From the NCBI GenBank assembly GCA_051313645.2, contig JBNRSN020000029.1, forward strand, positions 23,126,001-23,190,000: a stretch of 64,000 bases of DNA. Reading direction: 5' to 3'. A model generated the notes under the pieces. It saw only the letters and a program-made list of their open reading frames with translations, did not search any database and was not told the DNA's origin. Below are positions 48,142 to 61,306 of this stretch, piece by piece. Every line of letters starts with the position of its first letter. The first letter of the stretch is position 1. The DNA comes from Centroscyllium fabricii. Taxonomy: Eukaryota. The position numbers were made by a program, and so were the translations under genes.

Positions 48142-49085
48142 AATATCTCCAAGTTTGCAGATGACACAAGGCTGGGTGGGCGTGTGTGCTGCGAGGAGGA
48201 TACCGAGAAGATCCAGGATGATTTGGACAGGTTGGGTGATTGGGAAGAAGCATGGTAGATGCAATATAACGTGCATAAATGCGAGGTTATCCACTCCTGT
48301 GTCAAAAACAGAAAGGCAGACTATTATCTGAATAACAATAGATTGAGAGAAGGGGACATGCAACGAAACCTGGGTGTTCTTGTGCACCAGTCGCTGAAGG
48401 GAAGCTTGCAGGTGCAGCAGGTGGTGGAGAATGCAAATAGTATGTTGCCCTTCATAGCGAAAGGGTTTGAATACAGGAATAAGGATGTCCTGCTGCAGTT
48501 GTACAGGGCCTTGGTGAGACCATACCTTGAGAACTGTGTGCAGTTCTCGTCGCCTTATCCAAGGAAGGATGTTCTTGCCATGAAAGGAGTTAAGCAAAGA
48601 TTCAGAAAGCTGATAGCTGGGATGGCAGGAATGATGTATGAGGAGAGATTGGGTCGATTGGGCTTATACTCGCTGGAGTTTAGAAGAATGAGAGGGGATA
48701 TCATCGAAACTTATAACATTCTGACTGAACTGGACAAACTAGATGCAGGAAGAATGTTCCCGATGGTCAGAGAGTCCAGAACAAGGGGTCATAGACTAAG
48801 GATAATGGGTAAGCCATTCAGTACAGAGATGAGGATGAATTTCTTCACCCAGGGAGTGGTGAAACTGTGGAAATCTCGATCATAGAATGTAGTGGAGGCC
48901 AAGTCATTAAATAGATACAAGAAGGAGTTAGATACATTTCTTAGAGTTAAACGTATCAAGGGATATGGGGAGAAAGAAGGTACGGGGTACAGAGTTTGGA
49001 TGATCAGCCATGATCTCATTGCATGGCTCAAGGGGCCGAATGGCCTACTCCTGCTCCTATTGTCTATGTTTTTTAATGAGATATT

Positions 49086-49961
49086 GGGCCATGTCTTCCT
49101 GTGGCCCGATTGCTGCGGGTGCGCGCCGACGTGCTCCTGCGGCGCACGCGCACGTAATTTTTTTTTTCTGTCACGTGAACTTCCTGTGCAAAAAGCCGGG
49201 TTTTTTTCGTGCGGAGGGGTCGTGTTTTTTTTGGTGCGGGGTGCAAGCCACGCGCACTGAGGTCGGCTTTCCCCCGCACAAAGCACAGAATCGGCCTGAG
49301 GATGAAGAAGATCGGGTAGGGAAACACCTTTTTTTTGGTTTTTTTCAGTTTCTAGGAAGCTGTTTTTTTTAAGTTTCTGCCTTTTTCTGCTGTTAGGGAT
49401 TTTTTTTGCTCCAGTGAAAAAGACACGTTTAAATTTAAAAAAAAATTGATTCCTTTGGAGATATTTGTCTGTGGTCTTTCAGCTTGTAAATGGGTAGGGT
49501 TTTATATCTTTTGGTGAAAGTGAAAAAAATCGGGATTTGAACGCGATGTCAGCCGAAAACAACAGTAATCAAATCCCGATTTTTTTTCACTTTCACCAAA
49601 AGATATAAAACCCTACCCATTTACAAGCTGAAAGACCACAGACAAATATCTCCAAAGGAATCAATTTTTTAAAAACTTTAAACGTGTTTTTTTCACTGCT
49701 CAAAGCTGCCTGCAGCCTCTTAAGACTGCTTTTTATATGTGCAGCAAAAGAGAGGCTTCCCCACGTGATACACCCGCATTTTGAGCAGCTGCCTACAGGA
49801 AGTCTGCAGCTCAAAGTCTTCCTGGGTAGGAAACGGAAGCCCCTTGCCCATCAACACAGGAAGTTCACGTTTCTGGTAATCACCCGCTGCACCCCCACGA
49901 GGCATTTCTGACCCCCCTTCGTGGGGGTGCAGCTCTTCTGGAGCACAGGAAAACAGGGCCC
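49086..49961. mobile_element. Second Harbinger-like MITE family with internal palindrome
   Basis: TIRs GGGCCATGTCTTCCTGTG/CACAGGAAAACAGGGCCC, with TSD ATT. Confidence 0.8.
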
Positions 49962-49964
49962 ATT

Positions 49965-51460
49965 AGGGCAGATGACCAAAAGCTTGGCCAAAGAGTTAGG
50001 TTTACGGAGTGTCTAGAAGGTGTAAAGAGAGGTAGAGTGCGGAGAGGCTAAGTGAAGGAATTCCAGAGCCTCGGGCCTTGGCAGCTGAATGCACGGCCAG
50101 CAATAGTTGAGTAATTAAAACCGGAGATTGTCAAGCGGCCAGAATTAGAGGAGCGCAGATATCTCAGTGTTGTTTGTCTGGAGGAGATGGGGAGGGGCGA
50201 GGCCATGGGGAATTTGAAAACAACAGTGAGAATTTTACAATAGTTGTGTTGCTTAACCGGGGTCCAATGTTGGTCAGCGAGCACAGTGGTGATGAATGAA
50301 TTGGACTTGGTGCTTGATAGGACACGGGCAGCCGAGTTTTGGATAACCTAACGTTTGTGTGAGAGGTCAACCAGGAAAGCGAAGGAGTAATCAACTCTGG
50401 AGGTAACAATGGCATGGCTGAGGGTTCCAGTAGCAGATGAGCTGAGGCAGGGGTGGAGTCAGGCAATGTTCAAGAGGTGTTAATAGACAGTTTTAGTGAT
50501 GATGCAGATTTGTGGTCGGAAGTTCATCTCGGGTCAAATACGACGCCAAGCTTGCGAACAGTCTGGTTCAGACTCAGATGGTTGTCACTGGCTTGGGGAC
50601 GGAGTTTGTGGCGGGACCACCGCTAATGCTTTGGTGTTCCCAATATTTATTTGGAGTAAATCTCTGCTCATCCAGTACTGGATGTTGGACAAGCAGTCTG
50701 ACAATTTAGAGGAGTGGAGGGATCCAGAGGTGTGGTGGTGATGTAGAGATGGGTGTCATCAGTGTACATGTGGAAACTGACGCTGTGTTTTCGGATGATG
50801 TCACCAAGAGGCAGCATGTAGGTGAGAAATAGGAGAGTGCCAAGGATAGATCCTTGGGAATTGCAGAGGTAATGGAGTGGGAGAAGAGAAAACAAGACAT
50901 TGCAAGTGATTCTTGGGCTACGACTGGATAGACAAGACTGGAATTAGACGAGCGCAGACAACAGCAACTTGTATTTATATAGCACCTTTAACGTATAGCA
51001 TCCCAAGGAACTTCACAGAAGTATTATAAGACAACAAAATTGACACTAAACAACATAAAGAGCTGTGAGGGCAGATGCCCGAAAGCTTGGTCAAATATGT
51101 AGGTTTTGAGGAGCGTCTTAAAGGAGGAAGGGGAGGTAGAGAGGTATAGGAAGGGAATTTCAGAGCTTGGGGCCTAGGCAACAGAAGGCTACCAAAGGTA
51201 AAGCAAATATAAGCAGGGATGCTCAAGAGGCCAGAATTAGAGGAGTGCAGAATTCTCTGGGTGGGTTGGAGGCAGGTTGTGGGGCTGGTGAAGATTACTG
51301 AGATAGGGAGGGGCGAGGCAAGGCCATGGTGGGATTTGAAAAGAAGGTTGAGAATTTCGAAATCAAGGCATTGCTTAACTGGGAGTACTTGGTCAGCGAG
51401 CCAGTCCCACCGAGCTGGACGACGGTGGAGTGACATTGGTGGAGGATGGTGTGGTCAATC
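49965..51460 (-). mobile_element. L2 LINE fragments
   Basis: [50 protein letters not shown], and the L2 tail GTTAAAGGTGCTATATAAATACAAGTTG. Confidence 0.85.
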
Positions 51461-51469
51461 GGGTATGGA

Positions 51470-51875
51470 GGCATAGTGGTTATGTTACTGGACTAATAAT
51501 CCAATGGCGTGGACTAATGCTCCGGAGACATGAGTTCATAATTCCACCACGGCAACTGGGGACTTTAATTTCAGTTAATTAAATAAATCTAGAATAAAAA
51601 GCTAGCATCAGTAATGGTGGTCATCAAACCACCGGATTGTTGTACAAAACCCCTCTGGTTCAATAATGTCCTTTAGTGAAGGAAATCTGCCGTCTTTACC
51701 CGGTCTGGTCTATATGAGACTCCAGACCCATAGCACTGTGGTTGACTCTTCACTGCCCTCTGAAATGGCCCAGCAGGCCACTGGGTTGTAGAAGACAGCT
51801 CAGCAACTCCTTCTCTAGGGCAATTAGGGTTGGGCAATAAATGCCTGCCTTGCCGGAGACGCCCACATCCCATGA
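51470..51875 (+). mobile_element. tRNA-derived SINE sharing its 3' tail with the LINE at 52190-54230
   Basis: A-box GGCATAGTGG and B-box-like GAGTTCATAATTCC. The tail GGGCAATTAGGG.TGGGCA.TAAAT..GACGCCCACATCCC also occurs at 54153-54210. Confidence 0.75.
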
Positions 51876-52189
51876 GCGAACAAATACAAGCAAAGTATCA
51901 AAGGCTGCAGACAGGTCACGGAGGGATAGTATACCTTTGTCAGAGTCACATAGGATGTCACTTGTGACTTTGATAAGAGCCGTTTCCTTACTGTGGCATG
52001 GATGAGAACCTGATTGGAGATATTCAGGCATGCAAAAAATGTCACAGACGCGGGAGCCGACAATAAGTTCAAGTACTTTGGACAGGAAAGGGTGGTTGGA
52101 GATGGGGCAGTAGTTTGCAAGGACAGATGGATAAAGTGTTGTTTCCTTGTGGGGGTGATAACAGCAGATTTGAAGGTGAGGAGGACAGT

Positions 52190-54230
52190 ACGGCTACAAC
52201 ACAAGACTATTTGCAAGCCAAACAACAGAAGCAACATGCGATAGACAGAGCTAAGCGATCTCACAACCATCGGATCAAATCAAAGCTCTGCAGTCCTGCC
52301 ACAAGCAGTCGTGAGTGGTGATGGATAATTAAACAGTGAACAGGAGGAGGAGGCTCCAAAAATATCCCCATCCTAAATGATGGTGGAGCCCAGCACGTGA
52401 GTGAAAAGACAAGGCTGAAGCATTTGCAACTATCTTCAGCCAGAAATGCCGAGTGGATGATCCATCTCGGCCTCCTCTTGAGGTCCCCAGCATCACAGAT
52501 GCCAGTCTTCAGCCCATTCAATTCACTCCACGTGATGTCAAGAAACGGCTGAAGACACTGGATACTGCAAAGTCTATGAGCCCTAACAACATTCCGGCAA
52601 TAGTTCTGAAGAATTGTGCTCCAGAACTAGCTGCGCCCCGAGCCTAGCTGTTCCAGTACAGCTACAACACTGGCATCTACCCAGCAACGTGGAAAATTTC
52701 CCAAGTATGACCTGTCTAGAAAAAGCAGGACAAACCTGATCCGGCCAATTACCATCCCATCAGTCTACTCTCAATTATCAGCAAAGTGATGGAAGGTGTC
52801 GTCAACAGTGCTATCAAGTGGCACTTACTCAGCAATAACCTGCTAACTGACGCCCGCTTTGGGTTCTACCAGGGCCACTGAGCTCCTGACCTCAGTACAG
52901 CCTTGGTCCAAACATGGATAAAAGAGCTGAACTCAAGAGGTGAGGTGAGAGTGACTGCCCTTGACAGCAAGGCAGCATTTGATCGAGTGTGGCATCAAGG
53001 AACCCTGGCAAAGCTGAAGTCAATGGGAATCAAGGGGAAAACACTCCACTGGTTGTAATCATACCGAGCAGAACGGAAGTTGGCTGTGGTTGTTGGAGGT
53101 CATTCATCATAACCACAGGACAGCACTGCAGGAGTTCCTCAGGGCAGTGTCCTAGGCCCAACCATCTTCAGCTGTTTCATCAATGACCTTCCCTCCATCA
53201 TACGGTCAGAGGTAGGGATGTTCGCTGATGATTGCAAACTGTTCAGCACCATTCGAGACCCGTCAGATACTGACGCAGTCCGTGTCCATATGCAGCAAGA
53301 GCTGGACAACATTTAGACTTGGGCTGACAAGTGGCAAGTAACAATCGCACCACACAAGTGCCAGACAATGACCATCTCCAACAAGCGAGACTCTAACCAT
53401 CTCCCCTTGACATTTAATGGCATTATCATCGCTGAATCCCCCACTATCAACATCCTGGGGGTTACCATTGATCGGAAACTGAACTGGACCAGCCATATAA
53501 ATACTGCGGCTACAAGAGCAGGCCAGAGGTGAGTGTCTCACCTCATGACTCCCCAAAGTCTTTCCACCATCTACAAGGCACAAGTCAGGAGTGTGATGGA
53601 ATAATATCCACTTGCCTGGATGAGTGCAGCTCCAACAACACTCAAGAAGCTCGACACCATTCAGGATAAAGCAGGCCGCTTGATTGGCACTATGAGAGTA
53701 GGTTGGTTGTTAGGATCAGATCAGCCATGATCATATTGAGTGGCGGGGCGGGCTCGAGGTGCCGATTGGCCTAATCCTGCTCCTATTTCTTATGTTCTTA
53801 TGTTCTTATCCACCACCTTCGACATTCACTTCCTCCATCACCGGCGCACTGTGGCTGCAGTGTGTACCATCTACAAGATGCACTGCAGAAACTCGCCAAA
53901 GCTCTTCAACAGCACCTTCCAAACCCGCGACATCTACCATGTAGAAGGACAAGGGCAGCAGAGGCATGGGAACAGCACCACCTACAAGTTCCCCTCCAAG
54001 CCACACACCATCCTGACTTGGACCTGTATCGCCGCTCCTTCTCTGTCGCTGGGCCAAAATCCTGGAACTCCCTTCCTAATAGCATTGTGGGTGCACCTAC
54101 ACCATATGGACTGCAGCCATTCAAGAAAGCGGCTCACCACCATCGTCTCAAGGGCAATTAGGGATGGGCACTAAATACAGGCCTAGCCAGCCAGCGACGC
54201 CCACATCCCATCAATGGATAAATAAAAAAA
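52190..54230 (+). mobile_element. CR1-clade LINE of a second family, degenerate
   Basis: LDTAKSMSPNNIPAIVLKNCAPELAAP, GVPQGSVLGP, FADD, and an A-rich 3' end. Confidence 0.85.
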
Positions 54231-54234
54231 GTAC

Positions 54235-55080
54235 GAGTGGGAACTATTCACAATATCAGCTAATATGAGAGCCAGGTAAGGAAGTTGGGTGGTGAGCCGC
54301 TGAGTTTGAATAGGGGCGACGTAGCAGGAAGTGGGTCACATGGATAATATGAGCTCGGAGAGGGCATGAGGGGAGACTGAAGAAGGATGCTAGGGCAGGG
54401 TGTAACATTAGACGAGGCTTCGCCTGGTTGGGTGTGGGAAATGGCAGAGGCAACTGATCGGTTGGTCTCAATCTTACTGCTAAAGAGGTCCATGAGCTCC
54501 TCAAACGTTTTGATGGAGGTTAGGGTGGAGGAAACACGGGAGAAGTGTTTAACAAGGCGGTTGCAGTAGAGAGAATAAGCCGGTGTTATCTTTTAATTGC
54601 AGAATGATTCTGTAATTGTGAGCAGTTTTGGCAGACGGGAGCAGGATCCGATGGTGTTTTATGTGGTGCAGCCGGATCTGGCGGTGAATTGATAAACCAG
54701 TTGTTCACCATATCCGTTCAAGTCTGCGTCCCGTAAACTTAAGGGAGCGAGGATGTGGGCCGTGCCAGGGCATCGGCCATGGTGAGAGAGAGAGAGAGAG
54801 AGAGTAATGGTTTTAGTGGAAACTGGGGCATCAAATATGAGGCTGTGGTTCAGCAGATCAGTAGTTGCAGAAATATAATGGTGAATGGAGGGCCAGAGGC
54901 CAGACAGTTGGGATTTTGAAAGTTCAGATTTAAGTGAACTAAGAGAGAGGTTTTTCCAGGTGCATACACAGAGGAATTCGGGCTGGGAGGGGGAAGGGCG
55001 AAGTGAATGAAGAACAAAACAAGGATGTGATCAGAAATTAACTATCTGTGAATGACACGATGGGAGCCGCGAGGCCCCAT
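54235..55080 (-). mobile_element. L2 ORF2 upstream fragment (continues 51900-52190)
   Basis: MDLFSSKIETNR..YYPCDPLP. The piece at 51900-52190 gives HSKETALIKVTSDILC..DLSAAFDT. Confidence 0.7.
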
Positions 55081-55089
55081 ACGATGGCA

Positions 55090-57236
55090 AAAGAGAAGGC
55101 TGCAGGATGATCTAATGGAGATCTTTTGAATTTATGAACTGGTTTGATAGTGTAGATGCAGAGACGATGTTGCCACTAATGACGAGTCTAAAACTAGGGG
55201 TCATGAATAAAGGATTGTCACTAATAAATCCAATAACTAATTCAGGAGCAACCTTGTCACCCAGAGAGTGATTAGAATGTGGAGCTTGCTGTCACGTGGA
55301 GTATTTGAGGTGAATAGCAGAGTGTCTTTAAGCGGAAGCTTGATAAATGCATGAGGGAGAAAGGAATAGACGGATATGATGATAGGGAGAGGTATAGTCA
55401 GGTGGGAGGATGCTCATGTGGAGAATAAACACCAGCTTGAACCTGTTGGGTTGATTGGCCTGCTTCTGTGCTGTAAATACAATGCAATTCAACAGTGAAT
55501 TCTGAAAAGACACGGTAGAGTTCTCGAAACAATCCTCAGCAAGGGGCTGGGTGTCAGCGTCAACATTCCAACCTTCTCCTCGCCCCCTTCACTACCGATC
55601 TGAAGGTCTTGTGTAAAATGAATGGGGAGTTCAGATACAGTTCCTGGTGAGTAGACAGATTAGTGCCAAACTAGCTCTAAATCGGCAGACTGGCTGTTAC
55701 ATACGGAAGAAGTGATTTCAGAAGCCTGTTTGCAATCTTTGTCACTGATCTCAATCCAGCGACAACATTAATCCTCTCCCTCCTGCTCAGCCTGTATGTG
55801 TGTCTGTAATTTCTGTCTGCTCCCGTGTCCATTCGAATTGGGGCTTGGGTAGGCGGTGCATAGAAACATAGAAGATAGGAGCAGGAGTAGGCTATTCGGC
55901 CCCTCGAGCCTGCTCCGCCATTCAATGTGATCATGGCTGATCATTCAATTTCAGTACCCTGTCCCTGCCTTCTCCCCATATCCCTTGATCCCTTTAGCTG
56001 TAAGAAATATACCCAACTCCTTCTTGAATATATTTGATAAATTGGCATCTATGGCTTTCTGTGGTAGAGAATTCCACAGATTCACCACTCTCTGGGTGAA
56101 GAAATTCCTCCTCGTCTCTGTTGAGAGGAATTATCCAGATTTTTTTTCTCCCAAATTGGCTACTGTTTTTTTAAAATCTGTTTTTTTCGCCTCTCCCAGG
56201 TGATCACATGGGTCTGGGCGGGGTGGAGAGTGAAAATAAAATTGAGGTTAGTATCAGATCAGCCATGATCTTGTTGAATGGCGGAGCAGGCTCGAGGGGC
56301 CGGTTGGCCTACTCCTGCTCCTATTTCTTATGTTCTTATGTTCTTATCCTTAGTCTATGACCCATGGTTCTGGATTCCCCGACCATCGGGAACATCCTTC
56401 CTTCATCTAGACTTTTCAGTCCTTTTAGAATTTTATAATTTTCAATTAGATCCCCTCTCATTCTTCTAAACTCCGAGTACGATCCTCATCGACCCAATCT
56501 CTCCTCATACGTCATTCCTGCCATCCCAGGTATCAGCCTGGCGAATCTTTGCTGCACTCCTTCCATGGCAAGAGCATCCTTCCTTAGATAAGGCGACCAA
56601 AACTGTACACAATACTCAAGATGTGGTCTCACCAAGGCCCCTTACAACTGCAGCAAGACATCCTTGTAAAGGGCACAATTTCAAAATTTGCAGCTGGCTT
56701 GAAACCTTGCAGTGTAGAAAACAGTGAGGAAGACAGAAATAGACTTCGGGAGGGCATGATGAGGCTGGTGGATTGGGCGGACACATGGAAGATTAAATAC
56801 AACACTGAAAAGTGCAGGTGATTGTTTAGTATGAAGAATGAGAAGAAACCATACCAAAATGATACACTTTTAAAGGGGGTGCAAGACCCCAGATCTGGGG
56901 GTGCTTGTCGACAAATCTTTGGTGGCTGGACAGGGTAAGAAATAAGTTGTAGTTAACAAAGCATGTGGGATGCTGGGCGTTATAAATAGAGGCGTATAAT
57001 ACAAAAGCCAGGAAGCTGGGCGAAAACAATATAAAACACGAGTTCGGCCCCAGCAAATTCTGGGCACCATACTTTAGGAAGGACGTGAAGGCTTTGGAGC
57101 GGACAGGGAAGCGATTGACTAGAATGGTTTCAGGGATTACAGTGACGTGGATAGACTGCAGAATCTGGGAATGTTCTACTTCGAGCAGAGAAGGTTAAGA
57201 GGACATTTGATCGAGGTGTTTAAAGTCATGAAGGCT
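55090..57236. mobile_element. CR1 fragments (+55090-55470; -55860-56660; +56665-57236)
   Basis: CR1 RT C-terminal and 3'UTR motifs. Confidence 0.75.
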
Positions 57237-58315
57237 TTCAATTCAATTCAAATTGCTTTATTGGCATGACAAGATACATCCTATGTTGCCAAAGCACAGA
57301 AAAAGAACATATACAGTTGGACATACAAATGCATAACCAGACGTATTGAATGAATAACTATGCATACACATACACATAAAAACCCGCATATAGATCTAAA
57401 AAGAACATATACAGTTGGACATACAGATGCATAACCAGACGTATTGAATGAATAGCTACGCAAACACATACATATATACCCGCATATAGATCTTGTATGC
57501 TCTTCCTTGCTTCAATAGTCACTGGTTGTCCCTCTGCTTATGGTAAGCTGTGACGTAGTTTGCCGCTAATTTTATACAGTCCCTCTGTTCCCCCAATAGA
57601 TATGTGAGTTTTTGGTGGTCGTTCAAATTTTTGAATTCAGGGCATGTTGTTGCAAACTTTGGGAAGAAATTTCCCCTTATTCCCTGATAGTTTTCGCAAG
57701 TTGTGAGGAAGTGCAGCTCTGTCTCCACCACTCCCTGACTGCAGTGGGAGCACAGCCTTTCCTCTCTGGGCAGCCAAGTCTTTCTGTGGCTGCCTTTTTC
57801 GATGGCTAGGTTGTGCTCGCTAAGTCTGTACATTGTCAGGGGTTTTATCAGCTTGCTATCTTTCACCATGGTCAGGTAATCAGCCATGGTGTACTGTCTG
57901 TTTAGGGCCAAATAACAATCTAGTTTGTTTTGGGTTTTTGTCATTTCTGTCCAGTAATTCAAGTATTTTTCTTTTTGTTTAGTAATAATTGTGTTGGGTC
58001 CGATTCAGAGTGCTAGGACGTCACTGTCCTGGGGCTGGTTATTACCAGTAGTGTTAGTAGTTACTCCGCTCACTTGGTTGTTACCAGTAGTGTTAGTAGT
58101 TACTTCGCTAAGTCCCAGGACTAGTTGGCTGAGGGGACTTCTCTTTATGTTCTCTTCTTGGCATTTCAGGGTTTAGTAGTGATAGCTGTGGGGGTTGCTC
58201 AGTTTTAGATGTTTCCCGAATTTGATTGCTCTTTTTTGGATATTAATTAGTAGTGGGTATTAGCCTAACTCTGCCCTGCATGCATTGTTTGTGGTTTTCC
58301 TTTGAGTCCGGAGGA
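57237..58315 (-). mobile_element. RTEX-like non-LTR retrotransposon 3' end
   Basis: ORF 57519-57962 has YRLSEHNLAIEKG..PREERLCSHC..ETELHFLTTC (CCHC). The 3' end is AATAAAGCAAT(TTGAA)n. Confidence 0.7.
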
Positions 58316-58329
58316 TACTTTCGATAGAG

Positions 58330-59330
58330 TAAAGAACAACGTAGAAAAAGTCCCAACACACTTCACAGGAGCGTTATCAAACGAAATTTGACACCGAGCC
58401 ACATGCTATTATGGCAGATGACTAAAAGATTAGCCAAAGAGCTAGGTTTGAAGGAGCACCTTAAAGCAGGCAAGAGCCGGCGAGGTTCAGGGAGGGAATT
58501 CCAGAGCTTAAGGCCTTGTCAGCTCACGGACCAATGGTGGAGTTATTAAAGTCAGGGACCTTAAGGCCAGAATTAGAGGAGCGCAGATATCTCGGACTGT
58601 ATATCTCAGCGTAATATCGTGTAACTTTTTCCAGTGGCTGAAGTGTTCATGACCAGAGGGCAGAGATTTAAGGTGATTGGCAATAGAACCAGAGGTGACG
58701 CAAGGAACAACTTGTTTACACGTCGAGTGGTTATGCTTTGGAATGCTCTCCCTGATTGGCTGGTGAAAGCAGATTAAATGGTAGCCTTCAAGAGGGAATT
58801 GGATAATTACTTGAAGGAGAACCAATTGTGGGATATGTGGAAAGAGCGGGGGAGAGGGACTGACTGGATTGCTCTTTGAAAGAGCTGGCACAGATTTGAT
58901 GGGCCGAATAGACACCTTGTGATTCTATGATTCTCTGCTCTTAAACATCTCAATTATATCACCAGTTAATCCTTTATATGTCAGGGAATACTTATCTAAT
59001 CTCTGCAACCTGTTCTCTTAATTGAGCCCTTTTAACTCCGGTGTTATTCTGGTGAATGTTCGCTGCACCCACTCCAAGGCCAATATATCCTTCCTGAGAT
59101 GTGGTGCCCAGAACTGAATTCAGTTCTTCAGGTGGGGTCTAACCAAAGCTCTGTACAGCTGAAGCATCTCTTCATCCCCTTAGTATCCCAGCCCTCTTGA
59201 CATAAAGGGTAACATATGCCCTTTAACATGTTTTATTAGTTCTTATACCTGTCCACTAGGTTTAGTGATTTCTATTATTTGGCACCTAAATCTCACCGCT
59301 CATCTACAGTTCCTAACTTCTCATCATTTT
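58330..59330. mobile_element. L2 3' fragment (58330-58610) and CR1 fragments (58620-59330)
   Basis: Similar to 50980-51240 and 44260-44830. Confidence 0.7.
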
Positions 59331-59628
59331 AGTGACATGTCTTTATGTGTCTGCGAGTGTATTCCTGTCAGTTGATGTGTGTGGCTGGTTATACATCTGT
59401 GTGTATTTATGTTTGTGTTTGTGTGCGTGTGTGTGAGTCTGTGTTTCTGTGGGTGGGTTTGTGTGAGTCTCTCTCAGTTTTTCTGTGTGTGTTTCCCCTT
59501 CATCTTGTTCTGTTCCTTTCTAAATACTGCTCCGTACCTATGTGTCTGGGCCATTCACTTCCTCAGAAAGCGCAGAATTTACTCTTTAAAGAGGGCAGGC
59601 TGATTAATTTGATTCTGGTATTTAACAG

Positions 59629-59780
59629 CAGCAAACAACTCCTGTAAACGCTCAGCAACTGAATCTCTATTTGGGATAGATCATCAGTCCCGGCGTCTGC
59701 CCCAATGCACCCTACGTATCTGTCTGTCCCACTATCCTTCCCTGGTGGGGTTTTGGTGTTGCAGACTGAACAGTGAATGA
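59629..59780 (+). pseudogene. Defensin-like last exon, paralog 2 (open frame, five Cys)
   Basis: Acceptor TTTAACAG. The phase-1 frame reads AANNSCKRSATESLFGIDHQSRRLPQCTLRICLSHYPSLVGFWCCRLNSE*. Downstream 59780-60110 is colinear with 63311-63650, but AATAAA is lost. Confidence 0.6.
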
Positions 59781-60239
59781 TCCAGTGAACGATTCCCACC
59801 AGCCAGAGATCGCCACGTTCTCACTGAATGAAACCTTCCTTCACAGGAAGCAGGCTCTGTTTGATTGTTTAGGCCCTGTAACCCCTGACCCTGTATTACT
59901 GCTGTCAGAATAATAGGCTGTACTCAGAATTATAACTTACTGCATTGATCACAGCTTCACTGCCGTGTCTTGTGTCTCTTAAGGATCAGTCTGGCGGAGG
60001 TGGTGGGGATTGAAATGTGTCTGGGAGAAGATTTGGGAATCGCAGCAAATGGGAAGAGGAAACTACTGCAGGGAATCTCTGCAAGAGTCTAATAACACAT
60101 TCTGAAAGGTACTGAGATAAGACAGGTGTCCCAGAGTATCAGGACTCTGACCGTTCGGTTTTCAAGATAACTCACTTGGACGGGTCTCTTCAGGCAGATT
60201 GGAAATAAACATCTATTGCATCAGAGATATGGAGATCGG

Positions 60240-61306
60240 GCTTTTAGCACGATTTTGTTATGGTCCCACATGGCAGACCGGCCAGAAAAGTAAAAGCTCA
60301 TGGGATCCAAAGGAAAAGTGGCAAATTGGATCCAAAATTGGCTCAGTGGCAAGAAGCAATGGATAATGATCGATGGATGTTTTTGTAACTGGAAGCCTGT
60401 TTCCAGTTGAGTTCCGCAGGACGCAGTACCGGGTCCTTTGCTTTTTGTGGTAATAATCAATGATTTAGATTTCAATGTAGGGGACATGATTAAGAAGTTT
60501 GCAGATGATGCAAAAATTGGCCGTGTGGTTGATGGTGAGGAAGAAATCTGTAGACTGCAGGAAGAGATCAATGGACTGGTCACATGAGCAGGAAAGTGGC
60601 AAATTGAATTCAATCTGGAGAAGTGTGATGTAATGCATTTGGGGAGGACTAACAAGACAAGAGAATATAAAATAAATGGTAGGATACTGAGAAATATAGA
60701 TGAGCAGAGGAATCTTCGAGAGCATGTCCACAGAGCCCTGAAGGTAGCAGGCCAGGCAGATGAGGTGGCTAAGAAGGCATACGGGATATTTTCCTTTGTT
60801 AGCCGAGGCATAGATTATAAGAGCAGGGAGGTTATGCTTAAACTTCATAAAACACTAGTTAGGCCACAGTTAGAGTGCTGTGTACAGTTCTGGTCACCAC
60901 ATTGCACGAAAGATGTGATCACACGAGAGCAGCTACAGAGGAGATTTACGAAGATGTTGCGAGGACTGGAGAATTTTAGCTATGAGGAAAGATTGGATAG
61001 GCTGGGGCTGTTTAGTTTGGAACAGAGGAGGCTGAGGGGAGATTAAATTAAGGTGTTTAAAATTATGACGAGCCGAGATAAAGCGGTTGGGAAGGTCCTA
61101 TTTCCCTGAGTAGAGAGGATAATAACCTAAAGTAAACGGTAGGATTGGAGGGGAGTTGAGAATATTTTTCACCCAGAGGGTGGTGGGGATCTGGAACTCA
61201 CTGCCTGAAAGTGTGGTAGAGGCAAAACCACTCATCACATTTAAAAAGTACTTCGATAATTACGTAAAGTGAAGTAACCTACAAGGCCTCGGAGCAAGAG
61301 CCGGAA
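60240..61306 (+). mobile_element. CR1 LINE 3' fragment
   Basis: FADDAK, MHLGRTN, VRPQLECCVQFWSP and LGLFSLEQRRLRGD. Confidence 0.9.

Larger units (their letters stand above)
45510..49070 (+). mobile_element. Long CR1 ORF2 remnant interrupted by two SINEs and a MITE
   Basis: Pieces 45510-46410, 47203-47421 and 48142-49070 are colinear with 14060-15890. Confidence 0.9.
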
